From NCBI GenBank assembly GCA_022793875.1, contig JAAWDR010000026.1, forward strand, positions 26,296 to 90,295: a stretch of 64,000 nt of DNA, given 5' to 3'. The notes below the pieces were generated by a model. That model searched no databases and was not told the DNA's origin. It worked only from the letters and a program-made list of their open reading frames with translations. Below, piece by piece: positions 28,998-39,400 of this stretch (the stretch's first letter is position 1; every line of letters begins with the position of its first letter). Source of the DNA: Clostridia bacterium (GTDB lineage Bacteria > Bacillota > Clostridia > TANB77 > CAG-508). The position numbers and the translations under genes are program-made.

Positions 28998-30201
28998 TAT
29001 ATTAGATATTCTGGAGAAAAGATTAAATAGTTTAAATTGGATTACAAGCGTAAAAAATGTTCAAAATATGCTAAAAGTAACAACACAAGAAGGAATAGAA
29101 TATATTTGTAAAGCAGAACATAAAGAAAATGAAACAATAATCATAGTAAAAGATTGTGCCTTAAATTTTTGTTATGAAAATAAATTCTCTAATAGTATGA
29201 CAACTGATGACTTTTATAGAGATTTTATTGTGGTAGGAACTGAAGCAGAAATATTAAAAAATGAAATATGTTTAAAATCGTTTAAAAAAGGATTAACAGA
29301 TTTTAAGGAGAAAAATCAAGTATTTAATTTGGATTCAATATTAGATACAAGTGTATGTGAACAATATAAAAAAGATAATAAAATCGCTATTCTTGCTGAA
29401 TATTTATGGAATAAAGGATATGAATTTTCAAGTAAATATCCTTATCCTGAAGAAGTTGACAAGCAGTACAATTATATTGCAGAAAGAACAAATAATATTT
29501 CATCAGTTTTAGAATTAAGAAAATTTATGGAGAAGAATCCAGATATTAATACTTATTTAGATGAGAAAGAAATATCAGAAGATATAGATTCTTTAAATAC
29601 TTTTAGAGAAATAGAGTATTCGTATAAAAATATAGTAGCAAAAACTTATATAAGTATTGGAAGATTAAATGAAAAAATTTTAGTTTTTGATACAGAGGGA
29701 ATAAATGAAGTTGCTAATTGTCATATTGAAGATTATAAAGATGTATATAAAAGTAAATTAATAGAAGTAATGTTCAAAGAGATAGAAATATGTAAAGACT
29801 TAAATAAGAAAATGAAATTAATACAACTATTAAAACCAGGAGAAGGAATAGATTTTGATATATGTGATAATATATATGATTTTGAAGTTGCATTTGTAAT
29901 GAATGACGAAGAGCCAAAAGATAATTATGATAAATATTTGAGATATTTAGCCGAAAATTTAGATGTCATAAATGTGAAAAATAAAGCAGGTAATATTGTT
30001 GTAGATTTAGATAAATATGTTCGAGAAAATATAAAAATGTTTGTAGAACTATTTGAAGATGATGATATTGAAAATAATATAGATAGAACTATGACTATGA
30101 TTAGTGGTAATTCAAGTGAAACAGTATATAAAAAAGCTTTGGAATATTTAGGAGTAAATACTATAGAAGAGGAGAAAGAAGAAAATGAGCAAGAAAAATA
30201 A
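28984..30201 (+). CDS. Hypothetical protein
   Basis: 405 aa, acidic tail. Confidence 0.7.
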   Translation: MKMNNILDILEKRLNSLNWITSVKNVQNMLKVTTQEGIEYICKAEHKENETIIIVKDCALNFCYENKFSNSMTTDDFYRDFIVVGTEAEILKNEICLKSFKKGLTDFKEKNQVFNLDSILDTSVCEQYKKDNKIAILAEYLWNKGYEFSSKYPYPEEVDKQYNYIAERTNNISSVLELRKFMEKNPDINTYLDEKEISEDIDSLNTFREIEYSYKNIVAKTYISIGRLNEKILVFDTEGINEVANCHIEDYKDVYKSKLIEVMFKEIEICKDLNKKMKLIQLLKPGEGIDFDICDNIYDFEVAFVMNDEEPKDNYDKYLRYLAENLDVINVKNKAGNIVVDLDKYVRENIKMFVELFEDDDIENNIDRTMTMISGNSSETVYKKALEYLGVNTIEEEKEENEQEK

Positions 30202-30748
30202 AATAATTATAATATTAAGTATATTAGTTATATTGTTATTTGGAATGGTTATAATTTTTAATTATAATAAAACAAAGACAATTGATACAAATAATGGTTC
30301 TGAAATTAGTCAAGATGATACAAATAACAATGAAGAAACAAAAAATTATGAAATAAAAGATTTAGGAACAATTGAATGTGAAAAGATAGAGTTAAATGCT
30401 CCAATAAAAGAAACAACGAATTTAGATGTATTAGAAACTGCAGTAGGACATTTTGAAGACACAGCAATTTTTAATGGAAATGTTTGTTTAGCAGGGCATA
30501 ATTCTGGAATAAATAAAAACGGCGAAGACATTGGATTCTTTAAAAGATTAAACGAATTGGAAATAGGGGATCAAATAATATATCATCATACATTTGGAGA
30601 ATATATTTATAAAGTTTCTGAAATAAAAGAAATTGAAGAAACAGATTTTTCTGTATTAGAGCCATCATCAACTGATAAGCTAACCTTAATAACTTGTGTG
30701 AAAGGTCAAAAGAAATTGAGATTGTGTGTAATTTGTGATAGAATTTAA
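30185..30748 (+). CDS. Sortase (class D-like)
   Basis: N-terminal TM, AVGHF, LAGHN, LTLITC and downstream Arg. Confidence 0.9.
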   Translation: MSKKNKIIIILSILVILLFGMVIIFNYNKTKTIDTNNGSEISQDDTNNNEETKNYEIKDLGTIECEKIELNAPIKETTNLDVLETAVGHFEDTAIFNGNVCLAGHNSGINKNGEDIGFFKRLNELEIGDQIIYHHTFGEYIYKVSEIKEIEETDFSVLEPSSTDKLTLITCVKGQKKLRLCVICDRI

Positions 30749-30911
30749 AAAAAGATGGAAATTTTATGCACTTACAATATAGAAAAGACAATAAGGAAAA
30801 TTAATTAGGATATATTGAAGATGAAAGATTAGAATTTTAATAAAATTTATGTAAATCCATTTATTTTTCTTACAAAATATGGTATAATACCTAAAAAAGT
30901 GAGGTGTTTTA

Positions 30912-31385
30912 ATGAATAGAACCAAAAGTATTTATCAAACGCTGAACGAAAGAGAAAAATATATTTTAGAAAAACTTGAAATAAGAGAAGAGGATTTAAA
31001 GCCTGAAAACATAAAAGATGTACTGTGTGTTATGCTAAGAATGACAAAGAGAATATCAGAATTGCCTATTACTAATGAACAAGTCATTTCAGCATTAAAA
31101 AATTATGAAGAATCATATGATACTTTTTTTAAAAATGTTAAAATTATATTTACAGAAAATGATTATCCTGATGTAAAGATAAATGTTTTTAGAACTTTAA
31201 AAGATGAAAATAAAAGTATTATTGAAATGCTTGGAGTTAAACTGGAAGACAGAGAAATTACAAGCAAGGAATATGCTGAAAGTTTAAATATTTTAGTAAA
31301 TAAGTTACTTATAAAATTTGGAACTGGAATTAAGCAAAGGGAATGTTATAAGTTAATTGAAAAAATTGCAGACTGTTTAGAATAA
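30912..31385 (+). CDS. Hypothetical protein with internal duplication
   Basis: 157 aa; own extended -10 (TGGTATAAT at 30880) and downstream terminator. Confidence 0.7.
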   Translation: MNRTKSIYQTLNEREKYILEKLEIREEDLKPENIKDVLCVMLRMTKRISELPITNEQVISALKNYEESYDTFFKNVKIIFTENDYPDVKINVFRTLKDENKSIIEMLGVKLEDREITSKEYAESLNILVNKLLIKFGTGIKQRECYKLIEKIADCLE

Positions 31386-31410
31386 TAAGAAATTATTTTT
31401 TAGAAATAAT

Positions 31411-31449
31411 AATGCAAGATGTAAAATAGCATTTTGCATTTTTATTTTT
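31411..31449 (+). terminator. Intrinsic terminator
   Basis: AATGCAAGATG/CATTTTGCATT stem plus T-tract. Confidence 0.6.
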
Positions 31450-31527
31450 ACATTTTTGAATAAGTTGTAATAATGAAGCTTATATGCTATAATGCTTTTA
31501 TTACATAACTAATTAAGGAGAGATTTT

Positions 31528-31791
31528 ATGGATCAATATACATATTTTATTTTAGGTATAATATTGGGATTATCAATTGCAGTATATTTCTTTTTAAACA
31601 GAGAAGAGAAAATTGAAAAAACTATAAAACTTAATCAAAAAATATTTTCAAGTAAAAAATTGGATAATACAATGGAAAATGTAGTAGATAGAATAAGAAA
31701 TAAAGTAGGAGAGCTAAAAAGAGATTTAACTGAAGAAGAAAAGAACGAGATAATAGAACAATGTTATAAAGAAAAATTTAATATTCAATAA
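31528..31791 (+). CDS. Small single-TM protein
   Basis: 87 aa, AAGGAG RBS, TGCTATAAT upstream. Confidence 0.7.
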   Translation: MDQYTYFILGIILGLSIAVYFFLNREEKIEKTIKLNQKIFSSKKLDNTMENVVDRIRNKVGELKRDLTEEEKNEIIEQCYKEKFNIQ

Positions 31792-31888
31792 GATTCTTTT
31801 TTTAATCATAACATAATGTTAAATTTTTAATATATTATAAATGAGATAAAAGGATAAATAGTAATATTACATATAAAGGAATAATTTA

Positions 31889-33181
31889 ATGGGAAAAAAA
31901 TATTTAGAAAAAAATGTATTAGACGCAACGCTAGAAAGATTGGAGCTTATTTTTAACGAATTTGAAAACATTTATTTTTGTGTTAGTGGTGGAAAAGATA
32001 GTTCTGTTATGGTACAGCTTGCTAATATTGTAGCTGAAAAAATGAATAAACAGTTTGATGTGCTATATATAGACTTTGAAGCACAGTATAAAAAAACGAT
32101 TGAACATATATATTATTTAAAAACTTTATCTAAAATTAGAGATTTTTATCACATAGCACTTCCAATGGCTTTAAGAAATGCTGTATCAGTATTACAACCA
32201 AAATGGATTTGTTGGGAGGAAGAGAGTAAACATTTATGGGTAAGAAATATGCCAGAAGATAGTATTAATATAACCAATTGTCCATTTGAATGGTTTAGAA
32301 AAGGAGAAGAATTTGAGGAATTTATAATACAATTTGCTGATTGGTATCAAAAAAAGTATAATAGCAAAGTTGCTTGTGGCATAGGAATTAGAACAGATGA
32401 AAGTATAAATAGATTTAGAACAATTGCATTTCAAGAAAAAAAGACAACTTATCAAAATTATAATTGGACAACAAAAGTAAAAATGAATGAGAAGCATATA
32501 GATGTATATAATTTTTATCCTATATATGATTGGCGAGTTGAAGATATTTGGGGAGCAGTAAGTAAATTAGACTTAGAATTTAATTATATCTATGAATTAA
32601 TGTATAAAAACGGATTAAGTATTTATGAACAAAGACTTTGTCAACCATATGGAGATGACCAAAGAAATGGATTAGATCAATTTAAAGCATTAGAATATGA
32701 TACTTGGAGTAAGGTATTAAGTAGAGTAAATGGTGTTAATTTTGGAAATATATATTGTAAAACTACTGCTTTAGGAAATATCCAATCCACAAAACCAGAC
32801 TTTATGTCTTGGCAACAATATACAATATTTTTATTAGAAAGTATAGGAATATATAACGAAGATTTAATGTTACATTATTATAAAAAAATAAAGAAATTTA
32901 TGGTATGGTATAAAGAAAGAGAAGGAATAGAGGTTAAAGATATTCCTGAAACTGATGATACTAAGCTAGAAAATCAAAAAAAAGTAATCTCGTGGCGAAG
33001 AATAGCAAGAGCTATTGAAAAAAATGACTTTTATTTAAAAAGATTATCATTTGGACAAACAAAAACAGATGACGAAACTTTACAAAAGTTAATACATAAA
33101 TGGGACAATTTATTAAATAAAAATACAAAAACAGATGATAAAACACTAATAAAAATTATTGAGAATATGAATAACGATTAA
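31889..33181 (+). CDS. PAPS-reductase / DUF3440 protein (IbrA/YbdN-like)
   Basis: VSGGKDS, GIRTDES..R, YPIYDW, QRLCQPYGDDQR, RVNGVNFG, SWRRI. Confidence 0.88.
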   Translation: MGKKYLEKNVLDATLERLELIFNEFENIYFCVSGGKDSSVMVQLANIVAEKMNKQFDVLYIDFEAQYKKTIEHIYYLKTLSKIRDFYHIALPMALRNAVSVLQPKWICWEEESKHLWVRNMPEDSINITNCPFEWFRKGEEFEEFIIQFADWYQKKYNSKVACGIGIRTDESINRFRTIAFQEKKTTYQNYNWTTKVKMNEKHIDVYNFYPIYDWRVEDIWGAVSKLDLEFNYIYELMYKNGLSIYEQRLCQPYGDDQRNGLDQFKALEYDTWSKVLSRVNGVNFGNIYCKTTALGNIQSTKPDFMSWQQYTIFLLESIGIYNEDLMLHYYKKIKKFMVWYKEREGIEVKDIPETDDTKLENQKKVISWRRIARAIEKNDFYLKRLSFGQTKTDDETLQKLIHKWDNLLNKNTKTDDKTLIKIIENMNND

Positions 33182-33254
33182 TATTAATGAGGAATAGAAA
33201 ACTCTTAATATGTAATCATACCAAAAGATAGTAATTTGAAAGGTAGATGAGTTT

Positions 33255-33791
33255 ATGAAAAAGAAAATTTGTATTGGTGCAGGAATAATTTTAATTATAC
33301 TTATAGTTGCAGGAATTATAACAAACTATGCAGATAGTGGTAGAGTAACAACAGGACACGAGCCAAAGTATTGTATTAAAATAGTTAGTAATGATGGTAG
33401 TAAGATAACTTATTGGGGATTAGGTTATAAAGTTATTAGATATGTTGGAGTCTCTCCAAATGAGCCTTATGAAAGTAATATTGGTGTAAAAATGGGAAGT
33501 TGGTTTATGAAATACGATTTACCAAATGAAAAAAGCATCACAATAGAATATGATGGTAAAACGGTAGAAATAAATAATTATGATGACATCAATAAAATTT
33601 ATAATATATTAGTCAATTCAAAATACAACTCTGAAATATGTGATGGAATAAATACTCATAAAATAACAATAGACAACGAAGTATATTATTTAAAAGAAAG
33701 CTGTCAAGAAATTCAAAAAGGAAATAAGCAGTCAAAAATATCAAAAGAAGATTTAGATACGATATTAAAGATAATTGATAGCAAACAGTAA
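33255..33791 (+). CDS. Membrane-anchored hypothetical protein
   Basis: N-terminal TM, DG...YWGLGYKVI motif. Confidence 0.75.
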   Translation: MKKKICIGAGIILIILIVAGIITNYADSGRVTTGHEPKYCIKIVSNDGSKITYWGLGYKVIRYVGVSPNEPYESNIGVKMGSWFMKYDLPNEKSITIEYDGKTVEINNYDDINKIYNILVNSKYNSEICDGINTHKITIDNEVYYLKESCQEIQKGNKQSKISKEDLDTILKIIDSKQ

Positions 33792-33823
33792 TTCAAATTA
33801 CAATTTGAAAGAGAGATAAAATA

Positions 33824-34300
33824 ATGGATATTCACTTTGGATTTTCATATATAGGTTTCATATTCTTGTTAATGTTAATGATACCTAATATTATATGGAA
33901 TAAAAATCAACCTAAAAACTATGGAAAATATGTAAAAAATGAAAATAAAGTATTACTAATATTTGAAAGAATAGGAGAAATGCTAGTAACTTGTATATCA
34001 TTGATATTTAGTGATTTTAATATAAACAAAATATCTAATTGGACTATTATATTGTTAATTGCTTTTATTCTAATGATTTTATATGAAATATATTGGATTA
34101 GATATTTTAAAAGCAATAAAACAATGAAAGATATGTACAGTAGTTTATTAAAAATACCAGTTGCAGGAGCGACTTTGCCAGTAGTTGCATTCCTATTATT
34201 AGGTATATATGGTAAAAATATATTTCTAATCATATCAACAATAATATTAGGAATCGGACATATAGGAATACACTTAAATCATAAAAAAGAATTAGAGTAA
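33824..34300 (+). CDS. Multi-TM hypothetical protein
   Basis: 158 aa, four to five hydrophobic helices. Confidence 0.75.
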   Translation: MDIHFGFSYIGFIFLLMLMIPNIIWNKNQPKNYGKYVKNENKVLLIFERIGEMLVTCISLIFSDFNINKISNWTIILLIAFILMILYEIYWIRYFKSNKTMKDMYSSLLKIPVAGATLPVVAFLLLGIYGKNIFLIISTIILGIGHIGIHLNHKKELE

Positions 34301-34346
34301 GAAATTACAATAAGTATGGTAGGTAATAAAGGAGAAAAATTTATAT

Positions 34347-34781
34347 ATGAAAAATAAAAAATCAACAATTATAATATGTATAGTTATAATTGTAATTATA
34401 TTTATTGTTTTTTGGTTATATTCAAATACAGGTTTAAAAGGATTTGAAAATGAAATTTCTAACTTTATATTACCAGAAAATATTGAAAAAATTACAATAA
34501 AAAGTGGAATAGGAGATTCTGGGGGGAATGGAGATTATTCAACATATCGTGTAGTCTTAATAGTAAAGACAGAAATGTCAATAGATGAATTGAATCAAGA
34601 ATTTGAGAATAGAAAATTAACATCTTCAAGTCATATTGTAAATAGTGGTACACCTATTTGTTATATTACTCATTGCGAAGATACTATATTCAAATCACAA
34701 CGAAATTTTACATTGTCATTTGATGAATTAGAAAAAGTTGAAGATTTTACCGATTATTATTTTATAGAATTTATAAAATAA
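34347..34781 (+). CDS. Membrane-anchored hypothetical protein
   Basis: N-terminal TM, 144 aa. Confidence 0.72.
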   Translation: MKNKKSTIIICIVIIVIIFIVFWLYSNTGLKGFENEISNFILPENIEKITIKSGIGDSGGNGDYSTYRVVLIVKTEMSIDELNQEFENRKLTSSSHIVNSGTPICYITHCEDTIFKSQRNFTLSFDELEKVEDFTDYYFIEFIK

Positions 34782-34817
34782 AGTAATAGCACAAATTAAA
34801 ATTTATATGGAGGAGAT

Positions 34818-35255
34818 ATGGAAGAAAGATTTAAAGTTTCAATGACAGTTGGTCTTATTTTAATAAATAAAGAAAACGAAATTCTTTTAATGAAAAGGTG
34901 TAATACTGGATATATGGACAATAAGTATGCTCTTGTAGCAGGACATTTAGAGAAAAATGAATCATTGAGTTGTGCAATGATTAGAGAAGCTAAAGAAGAA
35001 ATCGGAATAGATATTTGTAGTAAAGATATTGAATTTGTATGTGCAATAAGGCGAGGAGATAATGATACATATGTGAATAATTATTTTAAATGTAATAAAT
35101 ATGAGGGTAGTATTGAAAATTTAGAAAAGCAAAAATGCTCAGAATTAAAATGGTTTGATATAAATAATTTGCCAAGAAATATAATACCAAATGATAAAAG
35201 AGCAATTAATAATATGATTAATAATATTGTTTTAGATGAGTATGATTTTAAATAA
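34818..35255 (+). CDS. NUDIX hydrolase
   Basis: AGHLEKNESLSCAMIREAKEEIGI Nudix box. Confidence 0.9.
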   Translation: MEERFKVSMTVGLILINKENEILLMKRCNTGYMDNKYALVAGHLEKNESLSCAMIREAKEEIGIDICSKDIEFVCAIRRGDNDTYVNNYFKCNKYEGSIENLEKQKCSELKWFDINNLPRNIIPNDKRAINNMINNIVLDEYDFK

Positions 35256-35308
35256 AACAGAATATAACAATGTAAAAGATAATTTATTAAATTAATAATA
35301 CAAATTAT

Positions 35309-35339
35309 AGATTAGTTTTATGAGAACTAATCTTTTTTT
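35309..35339 (+). terminator. Intrinsic terminator
   Basis: AGATTAGTT/AACTAATCT plus T-tract. Confidence 0.65.
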
Positions 35340-35348
35340 ACAGCAAAC

Positions 35349-35377
35349 TTGACACAAAAGGTAATATGATGTAAAAT
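35349..35377 (+). promoter_or_regulatory. Sigma-A promoter
   Basis: TTGACA-N17-TAAAAT. Confidence 0.7.
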
Positions 35378-35463
35378 ATACTAAAGAAGGTTTATTATTT
35401 ATCACTAAGACAGGGAGTTCATAGGTAAGACATAAATAAAATAAGAAAGGAAAGTGATGAATA

Positions 35464-36270
35464 ATGAAATCATTTAAAAAAGTATTAATTATAATTATTT
35501 TAATTTTAACAGTAGGATTAATTTCAGGAGCATTAGTATTAGCAAAGAATCAAAAAAAGGAAGAAATAGAAGAAGTAAGCACACAATCTTTGGAAAGCAC
35601 AAATGAAATAGAAATAGAAGATAAAAAAGAAGATCAAGAAATTATTGTTTCTATTGAACAACAAGAAGAAACAGAAGAAAACCAATTGAAAAATACTAAT
35701 GAAACTATAGAAAACGAATTACCAAAAGAAAATCTTATAAAAAATGACAGCACAGTCGAACAAAATAAAACAGTTAAAAATAAAACATCTCAAAACGGAA
35801 ATCAATCAAAATCACTACAAACAAATCAAGATACACAAAACACTAAACAACAATCATCTACACCACAATCTCAACAAATTAATCAAGAAACAAAACCAGT
35901 AGAACAGAGTAAACCAGTAGAGGTTAAAAAAGAAGAACCTAAACCAGTAGTAACAACACCAGTAAGAACATATAAAGAGAATACAACGTATATTTCAAAA
36001 TTAAGAAACACAATCACTACAACAGTAAAGAATAATATATCATCTTTAAACAAATATGGAATAACAAGTTTTGAACAATATAAAATAATAGAAGATTCAA
36101 GTATTTGTGCATATAATGGAGGAAACAGAGGAGGTTGGACTTTTGAAAATCCGACAGCATATAATACTTTTGTTAAGAGTATTTTAAAAGGAACATCATT
36201 AAGAATATATGCAGTAGATGAATACCAAAATGGAGAATATATAGAAACATTGTGCTATTATGGACATTAG
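35464..36270 (+). CDS. Exported protein with low-complexity E/Q/T-rich linker
   Basis: Signal/TM, long disordered region, small C-terminal domain. Confidence 0.75.
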   Translation: MKSFKKVLIIIILILTVGLISGALVLAKNQKKEEIEEVSTQSLESTNEIEIEDKKEDQEIIVSIEQQEETEENQLKNTNETIENELPKENLIKNDSTVEQNKTVKNKTSQNGNQSKSLQTNQDTQNTKQQSSTPQSQQINQETKPVEQSKPVEVKKEEPKPVVTTPVRTYKENTTYISKLRNTITTTVKNNISSLNKYGITSFEQYKIIEDSSICAYNGGNRGGWTFENPTAYNTFVKSILKGTSLRIYAVDEYQNGEYIETLCYYGH

Positions 36271-36277
36271 GAAATTA

Positions 36278-36343
36278 ACATAATTTTTTGCAAAAACATT
36301 GCAAAATACTGCAGTATACATTCAATAATTCAAGTGCTAAAAT
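36278..36343 (+). promoter_or_regulatory. Conserved promoter motif, copy 4
   Basis: ACATAATTTTTTGCAAAAACATTGCAAAATACTGCAGTATAC...TGCTAAAAT. Confidence 0.8.
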
Positions 36344-36372
36344 ATTAATATGAAAAATTGTAAATATGAAAG

Positions 36373-36413
36373 GAAGCTATCCAGAAAGAGCAGTCTGGAT
36401 AACTTCTTTTTTT
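36373..36413 (+). terminator. Terminator-like hairpin in the leader downstream of copy 4
   Basis: GAAGCTATCCAGA/TCTGGATAACTTC plus T7. Confidence 0.6.
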
Positions 36414-36444
36414 ATTTCTTTTTCAAAACAAAGGAGGAATTTTT

Positions 36445-39400
36445 ATGAAAAAAACGAGAGAGAAAATGGCAATTATAATGATAATTTTACTGTTGTTATC
36501 ATCATATATAACACCATTTTTAAACGTAGTAAATGCGTTTAGTGTGAGTAACGCATATATTTATACTGTAAAAGAAACAGAATATCATTTGCAATTTTGG
36601 GACACTAAACAAAATGCCTGGTCCTATATAATTACAAATTATGTTGGTTATACAGGAGAAGATGGGAAATTCTATCCTGCCTATTGCTTAGACGCAGATA
36701 AGCACGGAGTAGGAGAAGAAGCACCTTATACAGTAACAGTAACAGAAGCTATTCAAAATCCAGAAGTATGGAGAGTTTTATTTCACGGATTTCCATACAA
36801 AACACCAGGAGAGTTAGGAGTAGCAAATGATTATGACGCATTTTGTGCAACAAAGCAAGCAGTATATTGCATATTGTATGGTTATGATCCTTCAACAAGA
36901 TATAATGGAGGAGATGACAGAGGTACAGCAATTAAAAATGCAATAGTAACAATGGTAACAAATGCAAGAAATGGGGTTGGTGGTAATTATACATCTCCAC
37001 AATTAGCAATTAATAAAATAGGAAATTTGACAAAAGAAGGAGAATATTATTCTCAAACTTATAGCGTAAGTTCAAATGTACCATTAGGAAATTATAGTGT
37101 ATATCAAATTTCAGGGTTACCTTCTGGAAGCTATTTTGCAAATACAAATGGCTCACAACAAACAACTTTTTCTGCAGGAGAAAATTTTAAAGTTTATATT
37201 CCACAGAAAAAGATAGTATCAAACATTTCAGCTTATATTGGTATTGATGGTAGCTGTAAAACATATCCTGCTCTATATGGTAAAGCACCTAATTCATCAG
37301 TACAAAATTATGCGTTAGTAACAGATCCATTTGAAAATGGAAGTGCTGACACAGAAATTAAGATAGCACCAACAGGAGAGGTAATTATCGAAAAAACTAG
37401 CACAACAGATAATATATGGAATGGAGCAATTTCAGGTTCATTAATTCCAAATGCAAAATATAATCTATACAATTCTAATATGAATTTAATCAACACATAT
37501 ACAACAAATTCAGAAGGTAAAATTCACATTTCTGGTTTATCTTTAGGAAAATATTATATTCAGGAAACAACACCTACACCAGAATTTACAACATTAAATG
37601 ATGAGATATATTCATTTACATTAGATTATATGGGCGATAGCAAAGATGTAAAAGTAACTAACACACCTGTTCCAGGAGGATATTTTTCTGCTATTAAACT
37701 TTCAGAGAGAAATAATGTATGGACAGGAGTAAAAAAAGGTCAAGGAGTTTCAGGAGCTAAATATGGAATTTATGACAAAAATGGAAATATAGTTAAATCT
37801 TATGAAACAGGGAAAGAGTTAATAGCAGTTTCAAAAGAAGATGGAACAATTTTTGACAATGAAAAACTTAAACTAGGAGATTACTATTTGCAAGAAATTG
37901 AAGCACCAAAACATTCAAAACTAAATGATAAGAAGTATTATTTTAAAGTTACAGAAAATGGAGGACACGTTTCAGTAACAGCTTCTGATGATGTAGAGGA
38001 AGGTGGATATTTCAATATTTATAAAACAACAAATGATGACAATTTATGGACTGCAGAAGTAAAAGGTTCTCCTCTTGCAAATGCAACTTTTAAAATAGAA
38101 TATACAAACTTTGAGGAAACAAAGAATTGGACTGTAACAACAAATAAAGATGGTAAAATAGTTGATTCTAACTATTCAACAGATGATTTAGAATTAAAAC
38201 TAGGTACATATAGAGTATATGAGATAGAAGCACCAGAACATTATGAATTAGATAATACAGAATATTATTTTAGAATTACAGAAAATGAACAAAAAATATA
38301 TTTAGAATTAGATAATACACCTGAACTTGGTAATAATATAGAAATTACAAAAGTATCTTCTGATAAAAATTATATTACAGGAACAGAAAAGGATCAACCA
38401 GTATCAGGAGCTAAATATGAAGTTAGAACAGGATACAATGAAGGAGCAACAGTAACAGCAGAAAACTTTAATGAAGGAAAATTAGTAGATACACTTATAA
38501 CAGATGAGCAAGGAAATACAAAAGTAATAACCGTTGGAGAAGGTAGTTATTTTATTAAAGAGGTATCAGTTCCAGAAGGTTGGCAATTAGATGAAAAAAT
38601 TTATCAAATAGACGTAATTAGTAATGGAGTAATACACAAATTAGAGCTAGAAGATGAACCAATTCCACAAGGATTTATGAATATTAATAAAACAGCATTA
38701 CAAAAGAATTATTGGACCAATGATGAGCCAAATACACCACTTGAAGGAGTAAAATTCGAGTTAAGAGATAAAGATGATAATGTGTTATTAGAACTAGAAA
38801 CCGATAAAAATGGTAAATTTTCAAAAGATATTCAATTAGATGTTGGAACTTATTACTTATGGGAAGTAGAAGCACCAGAATATTACATAATGAATGATAA
38901 ACCAGATATATTTGAAATTACAGAAAACGGACAAAAAGTAACAATAGATATAACAAATGATGTAGAACCTGCTGAATTTGTAGATGTTTCAAAAACTCCT
39001 GCAAAAGACAATAAAATTACAGGAGAAAAGGAAAATACATTTTTACCAAATGCAGTATATAGAGTTGAGAATGTTGATACAGATGAATTTGTTGCAGATT
39101 TAACAACAACAGCAGAAGGACATTTAGAAGAAAAACTAATGCTTGGAGCAGGTAATTATAGAATTTTTGAAATTGAATCTCCAACATATTATTTGATTGA
39201 TTCATCTATATATTATTTTACTGTTAAAGAAAATGGTAAAGAAGTATATTTTGAATTTAAAGATAATCCTGTCGAAGTAGAAGTAAATGTAGAAAAATCA
39301 GGAATAGTAGAAGCACAACCTAATGATGAGATTAGATATGATTTTGACGCTGTAGAAAGTTTATCTAATGTACCACTAGATAACTTTACATTTGTTGATG

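Larger units (their letters stand above)
33226..35255 (+). mobile_element. Putative gene-cassette array 2
   Basis: Junction motif at about 33226, 33795, 34302 and 34793. Confidence 0.55.
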
